A stretch of DNA of 64,000 nt from NCBI GenBank assembly GCA_965217865.1, contig CBDCJO010000001.1:160001-224000 (forward strand), given 5' to 3'. The DNA comes from Candidatus Latescibacterota bacterium. GTDB taxonomy: Bacteria > Latescibacterota > UBA2968 > SICM01. Positions 58,459-64,000 of the stretch are shown in pieces; within the stretch, counting starts at the first letter, position 1, and each line of letters starts with the position of its first letter. Made by a program: the position numbers and the translations under genes. Under the pieces are notes generated by a model. The model was not told where the DNA came from. It worked only from the letters and a program-made list of their open reading frames with translations, and ran no database searches.

Positions 58459-60786
58459 CTAGTAGATCTTCTCCCCTTTTTCATTAAGCCGGGTCACCTC
58501 GGAAACGCCTTTTACCTTTCCGATTTTTTGAATCAGGTCCTGAAGCCGCTGAACATTGGGGACGTGGATCACAAACCTGTTCAAGATCTGACCTCTCTCG
58601 GTCTTCAAATCTCCCCCGCTTACGTTTGTCCCGGTCTCGGCAATCGCCTTGGTGATGTCGTGCAACAGGTTCTTCCTGTCCGACCCTTTCACCAGGACTT
58701 GAGTGGTAAAGGCCTGGTCTAGCTCCGCATCCCAATGCACTTCTACGATTCGCTCCTGATCATCCATTAAAGTTGAGACGTTAGAGCAATCCGTGCGATG
58801 GACCGATAAACCCCTACCCCGTGTAATCATGCCGACGATCTTGTCCCCAGGGATTGGATGGCAACATTTGGAAAGCTGAATCATCAGATTGTCCATTCCC
58901 TGGATCCGCACCCCACCGGTGGGTTTGGCCCTTTGGGTTGTCTCACTCGCGGGTGATCCGGCTTCCCCTTCTTTGATCTCCGGAAAAAGCCTCCTTACCA
59001 CTTTTGCGACCGATAGCTCTCCGAAGCCGATTTGAGCGTGAAGATGTTCCTCATCGGAGACGCCGAAGCTGAGCACTGCCGGCTGGAGATCCAGTCCCTT
59101 TGGTTTTTTGCCTAATTTTTTTATTTCTCTCTCCAACATTTCCTGACCAAGACGTACGCTGTCGGAAAACTCCTCATCCTTCAAGAACCGTTTGATCCGG
59201 CTCCGGGCCTTGGAGGTCTTCACCAAAGCCAACCAATCCCTCGACGGTTTCTGGTGGGGTGAGACGATCACTTCCACCGTCTCCCCGGTTATCAGGACCC
59301 TCGAGAGCCCCACCATCGCCCCGTCCACTTTTGCGCCGATGCAGTGAAGCCCGATGTCGGTATGGACGGCGAAGGCAAAGTCGATCGGGGAGGCACCTTC
59401 TGGAAGCTGGATCAGATCTCCGTTGGGGGTGAAGACAAAGATCTCGTGGGGAAAGAGATCGATCTTCAGTTCCTCCATGAACTCCTTCGGATCGGCCGTA
59501 TCGGCCTGCGAGTCCATGAGCTGTCTGAGCCAGGTCACATGACGGTCCAACGGGGTTTCCTCGCTTCGGTCCTCCTTGTACCTCCAATGCGCAGCTATGC
59601 CCGTCTCGGCGATCTGATGCATCTCCAATGTCCGGATCTGCACTTCAACCATCTGGCCGTCCGGTCCGATCACAGTCGTGTGCAGGGACTGGTAAAGGTT
59701 CGACTTCGGGGTTGCGATAAAATCCTTGAACCGGGCCATCACCGGCGTGAACATGGTATGGACAAGACCCAGGGCGTGATAACACTCCCGGACTGAGCTT
59801 ACCACAATTCTCATAGCAAAAAGATCGTAGATGTCTTCAAATTTTTTATTACGGTTTCGAACCTTTCCGTAGATGCTGTGAAAATTTTTGGGCCTACCTT
59901 GGATCTGGGCCTTCACCCCGGCCTCTTTCAAGGCTTTTTTGAGATGTTTCTGGATCTGTGAGATGTACGCCTCCCGTTCTTTCCGTTTCAGAGTGATCTT
60001 TTCCTGGATGTTACGGTAGACATCCGGCTCCAAAACTTTCAGGCTAAGGTCCTCCAATTCCCATCGGATTCGGGCGATCCCGAGTCGATGCGCCAGCGGG
60101 GCATAGACGTCGCGGCTCTCGATGGCCTTCTGTCTCCGTTTCTCCTCGTCTTCAAGATGTTGAAGCGTTCTCATGTTGTGGAGCCTGTCGGCCAGCTTGA
60201 CCAGGATCACCCGGATGTCCTTCGACATCGACAGAAGCATTTTTCGGAAGGTTTCAGCCTGTTCGGTTTCCTGACTGAGGGCCCCCTCTCTCAACCCCGG
60301 GGACTCGGAGGCCTGGTCCGGGGACGGAAGGGGTTCAAGGCCATCCTCCGCATGTTGGGTGAGCTCCGTACCCCCATCCACCTCGTCGGACTCATCGTCT
60401 CCCTTGATGTGACGAATCTTTGTGACACCATCCACGAGTGTGGCTATCTCCTCTCCAAACTCGTCCCGCACCCGATCGAGTGTGACTCCGGTATCCTCGA
60501 TCACGTCGTGCAAGAGGCCAGCGGCAACGGTGATGACATCGGGATTCAGATCGTTCAGGATCCGGGCGACCTCCAGACAATGGTTTAAATACGGTTCGCC
60601 CGACTTGCGTTTTTGGTCTCTGTGGGCGTACGCCGCCAGATGAAATGCCCGCGAAATCAAATCGAGGTCATTTCTCCGGCTTTTGGCGTAAACCTCCTGA
60701 AGCAGGCTTGAAAGCGCAGGATCTCCCTTTTCCCGCTCCAGGACCGCCTTCGCCGAAGGGGCTTTTTGTTGGGTCGATTTAGGCAT
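58459..60786 (-). CDS. rel: Bifunctional (p)ppGpp synthetase/hydrolase
   Basis: HRDQKRKSGEPY, LLHDVIED, KLADRLHNMRT, RFKD, YQSLHT, EVQIRT; TGS, CC-PIPGD and ACT domains. Confidence 0.95.
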   Translation of the reverse strand: MPKSTQQKAPSAKAVLEREKGDPALSSLLQEVYAKSRRNDLDLISRAFHLAAYAHRDQKRKSGEPYLNHCLEVARILNDLNPDVITVAAGLLHDVIEDTGVTLDRVRDEFGEEIATLVDGVTKIRHIKGDDESDEVDGGTELTQHAEDGLEPLPSPDQASESPGLREGALSQETEQAETFRKMLLSMSKDIRVILVKLADRLHNMRTLQHLEDEEKRRQKAIESRDVYAPLAHRLGIARIRWELEDLSLKVLEPDVYRNIQEKITLKRKEREAYISQIQKHLKKALKEAGVKAQIQGRPKNFHSIYGKVRNRNKKFEDIYDLFAMRIVVSSVRECYHALGLVHTMFTPVMARFKDFIATPKSNLYQSLHTTVIGPDGQMVEVQIRTLEMHQIAETGIAAHWRYKEDRSEETPLDRHVTWLRQLMDSQADTADPKEFMEELKIDLFPHEIFVFTPNGDLIQLPEGASPIDFAFAVHTDIGLHCIGAKVDGAMVGLSRVLITGETVEVIVSPHQKPSRDWLALVKTSKARSRIKRFLKDEEFSDSVRLGQEMLEREIKKLGKKPKGLDLQPAVLSFGVSDEEHLHAQIGFGELSVAKVVRRLFPEIKEGEAGSPASETTQRAKPTGGVRIQGMDNLMIQLSKCCHPIPGDKIVGMITRGRGLSVHRTDCSNVSTLMDDQERIVEVHWDAELDQAFTTQVLVKGSDRKNLLHDITKAIAETGTNVSGGDLKTERGQILNRFVIHVPNVQRLQDLIQKIGKVKGVSEVTRLNEKGEKIY

Positions 60787-60900
60787 ATCCAGGAATCAAG
60801 GATGGTTGAACACGATGTCGTCCGTCCCCTATTAGAAATTTAATATATCCACGAAGGCCTCTTTTGCCAAGCCGCAACTTCGGGGGGAATCACGCAATAC

Positions 60901-61257
60901 CTATCTTCCCCAGAATTTCCAGAACGGCTTTCTTCTCGACTTGGGCCTTGGGGTATCGTTCGCCACCGCTGCCAACCGATTCAGTACCTGATCCAGAGCG
61001 GCCTTAAACAATGAAGAGGATTTCTCCTTGTCGGTTTCCACCACACGCAAACTCAACCGGACAATCTGTTCAACGTCCGAAGGGAAGACGTGATGAGCGA
61101 TCTCCTCATCCTCTCTTCCCGCCTGCCCTCCCACACGGGTGCGATACGCCGCGATCGCCGCCTGCTTGAACGGCTCCACATCACGATGCTCGATGGCCTC
61201 CCGTATCCCGTTCTCCAGGGAAAGGGTGATCCGTTCGGTCAATTTATCCTTGTCCAA
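60901..61257 (-). CDS. Hypothetical protein
   Basis: 118 aa; GGAGG RBS before the TTG start; C-terminal KPFWKFW tail. Confidence 0.7.
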   Translation of the reverse strand: MDKDKLTERITLSLENGIREAIEHRDVEPFKQAAIAAYRTRVGGQAGREDEEIAHHVFPSDVEQIVRLSLRVVETDKEKSSSLFKAALDQVLNRLAAVANDTPRPKSRRKPFWKFWGR

Positions 61258-61503
61258 TGACTTTCCTCCGAAGGGACTCCTTAAATGTTATATACGGTTC
61301 ACGCCGTAAAAAGTCAAGGGGCCGTGTCCGGTGGTGGTCTCTTTTTTGGCTTGACTTTCTCAGCACAACACTTAAATATATCGATAAAGTAAGTTGCCGA
61401 GGCAAACCAGAGCACCGGAACTTCAAGATCCCCCGACGGTAGAGGATATCATCTCAAACCACGGATATTTCCTTTCGCTTTCCATTCTGTTCCTCACCCC
61501 ACG

Positions 61504-62211
61504 ATGCCTTTTCCCTCCCTCTCACACAATTTGAATGAATTGCCCTACCCCACTCGGGAGAGGCGTGTGGATCTTGGCATCCTATCTATAAAACTGCTCT
61601 TGGTCGCCGACATGAACCAGATCAACCGGACAGGCCTGAACCTTGACGACCCGCCTTATTGGGCTGAGCTCTGGCCTTCAGCGGTGGGATTGGCCCGATC
61701 CTTGATCGAGCGCCAAGACCTTTCCGGTATGCGGGTGCTGGAGGTGGGATGCGGTCTGGGCCTGCCGGGTATCGCTGCTGCAAAGGCCGGTGCGTCGGTC
61801 CTTTTGACCGATGCGAATCCCGATGCGCTTGCATTCGCCCTGCTGAACGCTCAACGAAACGGCTGTCGAAACATTGCGACCCATCGGTTTAACTGGCGCT
61901 ACGCCTCCCTTGACGACTCCTTCGATATGATCATCGGATCGGAAGTCGTCTACGACATCGACGACTTCGAACCGATCTCTCGCCTGGTCGCGAAGAACCT
62001 CCACGATTCGGGTCGCGCGGTATTCGCCGAACCTCAGCGGGATATCGCCCGTGATTTTTTCGATGCCATGACGGCAAAGGGCTTCGTCCGGTTTCGATCT
62101 TTCCAACAGGTGGAGATGTGGGGCCAGTCACATCGGATCGGGATTGCAGATTTCGAACGAAAAGACTGCACAAAATCCGAAAAACCGAAATCCTTCGCGG
62201 AGCTGCCCTGA
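61504..62211 (+). CDS. Methyltransf_16 (METTL21/lysine methyltransferase-like)
   Basis: PYWAELWPSA, VLEVGCGLGLPG, LTD, IIGSEVVY. Confidence 0.85.
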   Translation: MPFPSLSHNLNELPYPTRERRVDLGILSIKLLLVADMNQINRTGLNLDDPPYWAELWPSAVGLARSLIERQDLSGMRVLEVGCGLGLPGIAAAKAGASVLLTDANPDALAFALLNAQRNGCRNIATHRFNWRYASLDDSFDMIIGSEVVYDIDDFEPISRLVAKNLHDSGRAVFAEPQRDIARDFFDAMTAKGFVRFRSFQQVEMWGQSHRIGIADFERKDCTKSEKPKSFAELP

Positions 62212-62363
62212 GCGAACGAAGTGAGCCAAAGCCCCAGCCATGAGCGGAACGAAGTGGAGTCGGAGGAGGGCCCATGAATTAGGTTGATTTGAAATCGACC
62301 CAATATCACGTGACCTGAAAGCCATCCTGAGCGGAGGCCCCTTCAGGGGCCGAAGTCGAAGGA
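62206..62363. repeat. Three degenerate REP-like CCTGAGCG..GTCGAAGG units
   Basis: CCCTGAGCGAACGAAGTGAGCCAAAG; CATGAGCGGAACGAAGTGGAGTCGGAGG; GCCATCCTGAGCGGAGGCCCCTTCAGGGGCCGAAGTCGAAGGA. Confidence 0.6.
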
Positions 62364-62408
62364 TGGTGATTTAAGGCGATGAATTACACGCGCGAGAGGA
62401 GACGGCAA

Positions 62409-63599
62409 GTGCCCTACGCAAGGTTGAAAGACCACCTTCGTCAGGAGTTAAAGGAGATCGAGGAGGCAGGTCTATTCAAAGAGGAGCGAGAAATCACCTC
62501 CCCTCAGGGGGCGGCCGTTACGTCGTCATGTGGTGAAATGGTCAATTTCTGCGCCAACAACTATCTGGGTTTGGCCAACCATCCCGAAATACTCTCGGCC
62601 GCTTCCGAAGGCCTTATGGCGCACGGATTCGGGGTGGCCTCCGTTCGATTCATCTGCGGAACCCAGGACGTTCATCGTCAACTGGAGAACCGGATCTCAG
62701 AATTCCTCGGCACTGAGGAGACCATCCTCTACACCTCGTGCTTCGACGCGAACACCGGTCTGTTCGAGACAGTTCTGGGGCCTGAGGATGCCATCATCAG
62801 CGACGCGCTGAACCACGCCAGCATCATCGACGGCATCCGGCTCTGTAAAGCCACTCGTTACATATACCGCCATTCGGACATGGCCGTTCTGGAGGAGAAG
62901 TTGAAGACCTCCCGCTCGGAACGATTCCGGATGATCGCAACCGACGGTGTCTTCAGCATGCAGGGAGACCTTGCCCGGCTCTCGGACATCTGTGAACTCG
63001 CCGACAAATACGACGCCCTCGTGATGGTCGACGACTCCCATGCCACGGGCTTCTTCGGCCCCGGTGGACGGGGAACACCGGGGCACTTCGGTGTGACGGA
63101 TCGGATCGACGCGCTCACGAGTACGCTCGGCAAGGCCATGGGAGGTGCCTCCGGCGGATTCACAACGGGTCGCGCGGAGATCGTCGACCTCCTTCGCCAG
63201 CGTTCACGTCCCTATCTTTTCTCGAACGCGTTGGCGCCCCCGATCGTTTGTGGCGCCCTGCGGGGGCTCGAACTCGTCTCCGAGCATCCCGAGCTTCTCC
63301 AACGGCTTTTCGAAAACACCCGCCGTTTTCGGCGTGAATTGACGAAGATGGGCATGCCCATCCGGGAGGGGATCCATCCCATCGTACCGATTATGATCGG
63401 TGACGAACCGCGGTGCGTGGAGATGGCACGGGCCTTGAACGCCCGCGGGATCCTGGTGGTTGGTTTCAGCTATCCCGTGGTCCCCAAAGGCGAAGCCCGC
63501 ATCCGCGTCCAGATCTCGGCCGCCCACACCCCCTCGCAGATCGATCATGCCGTCCAATCGTTCGCGGAGATCGGAAAAGACCTCGGCCTGATCGGATGA
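62409..63599 (+). CDS. kbl: Glycine C-acetyltransferase (2-amino-3-ketobutyrate CoA ligase)
   Basis: [56 protein letters not shown]; GTG start after GAGGAG. Confidence 0.94.
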   Translation: MPYARLKDHLRQELKEIEEAGLFKEEREITSPQGAAVTSSCGEMVNFCANNYLGLANHPEILSAASEGLMAHGFGVASVRFICGTQDVHRQLENRISEFLGTEETILYTSCFDANTGLFETVLGPEDAIISDALNHASIIDGIRLCKATRYIYRHSDMAVLEEKLKTSRSERFRMIATDGVFSMQGDLARLSDICELADKYDALVMVDDSHATGFFGPGGRGTPGHFGVTDRIDALTSTLGKAMGGASGGFTTGRAEIVDLLRQRSRPYLFSNALAPPIVCGALRGLELVSEHPELLQRLFENTRRFRRELTKMGMPIREGIHPIVPIMIGDEPRCVEMARALNARGILVVGFSYPVVPKGEARIRVQISAAHTPSQIDHAVQSFAEIGKDLGLIG

Positions 63600-63649
63600 A
63601 CGGATCGGACAGGCGTGGTGAGACGCCATCCGGTCGATCGGAGAACAGA

Positions 63650-64000
63650 ATGCCTCGGATCGCGATAGGAGAAATCAAACAAGAGTCCAATTCCTTCTCC
63701 CCTGTCAACGGAGACTGGCCTCATTTTCGGGACGGGGGATACCTGCTCAGGGGACGAGAGATGATCGATCGGCTTCGAGGGACGGCTTGTGAGATAGGAG
63801 GTGCCTTGGAGATTTCGGACCGGAATCCGGGGTTTGAACTCGTTCCGCTTCTGGCCGCTCACGCAGGTGCCTCCGCAGGGCCGTTAAAACGCTCGGTTTT
63901 CGACGCGATGCTTTCCGAACTGCTCCATGGGCTTCACCACGCGCCTCCCCTGGACGGAGTCTACGTGTGCTTGCACGGGGCCACGATCGTGGAAGACCTC
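63650..64000 (+). CDS. M81 family metallopeptidase (MlrC-like), 5' part; runs off the window
   Basis: Manual translation (not in the ORF track): MPRIAIGEIKQESNSFSP...ASAGP...LDGVYVCLHGATIVED. Confidence 0.82.
   Translation, partial: MPRIAIGEIKQESNSFSPVNGDWPHFRDGGYLLRGREMIDRLRGTACEIGGALEISDRNPGFELVPLLAAHAGASAGPLKRSVFDAMLSELLHGLHHAPPLDGVYVCLHGATIVEDL

Noticed and set aside
61385-61450. GGCAAACC suggested a c-di-GMP-I riboswitch
   Set aside because: Lacks the GNRA tetraloop stem and the GACGCAAAG junction.
1-64000. CRISPR array, tRNA or rRNA genes
   Set aside because: No regularly spaced 25-40 bp repeats with unique spacers, no cloverleaf/T-loop signatures and no rRNA-like sequence seen by eye.

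Overview
GC-rich bacterial chromosomal window with about 50 CDSs. No tRNA, rRNA or CRISPR array was seen. The mix of PhyH dioxygenases, a sulfatase maturase, a BNR protein, DUF2723 and FN3 lipoproteins is compatible with an FCB-group or candidate-phylum organism (inference only). Housekeeping genes include ggt, rlmB, rlmI, pdaD, sbcDC, alr, rel and kbl. Main points of interest: (1) a co-oriented lipid cluster at 34.5-44.7 kb (acyl-CoA ligase, fatty acyl-CoA reductase, unknown-domain/PlsC fusion, HAD-IB, Zn-dehydrogenase, LarA-like protein, lipid kinase) resembling a split-gene version of the myxobacterial elb ether-lipid system; (2) a 1078-aa class III cyclase-like + caspase + TPR + FGE fusion that meets a degenerate HD-GYP gene at a junction truncating both; (3) a 232-bp MITE with 22-bp TIRs and a perfect 8-bp TSD just upstream of sbcDC; (4) an IS1595-family element without a TSD that truncates an FN3 lipoprotein gene; (5) a doubly frameshifted DUF1998 helicase with an HNH insert next to a YprB/MrfB-like exonuclease; (6) a DUF2723/GT2/flippase-like putative glycosylation cassette. 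All calls come from reading motifs by eye; no database searches were run.
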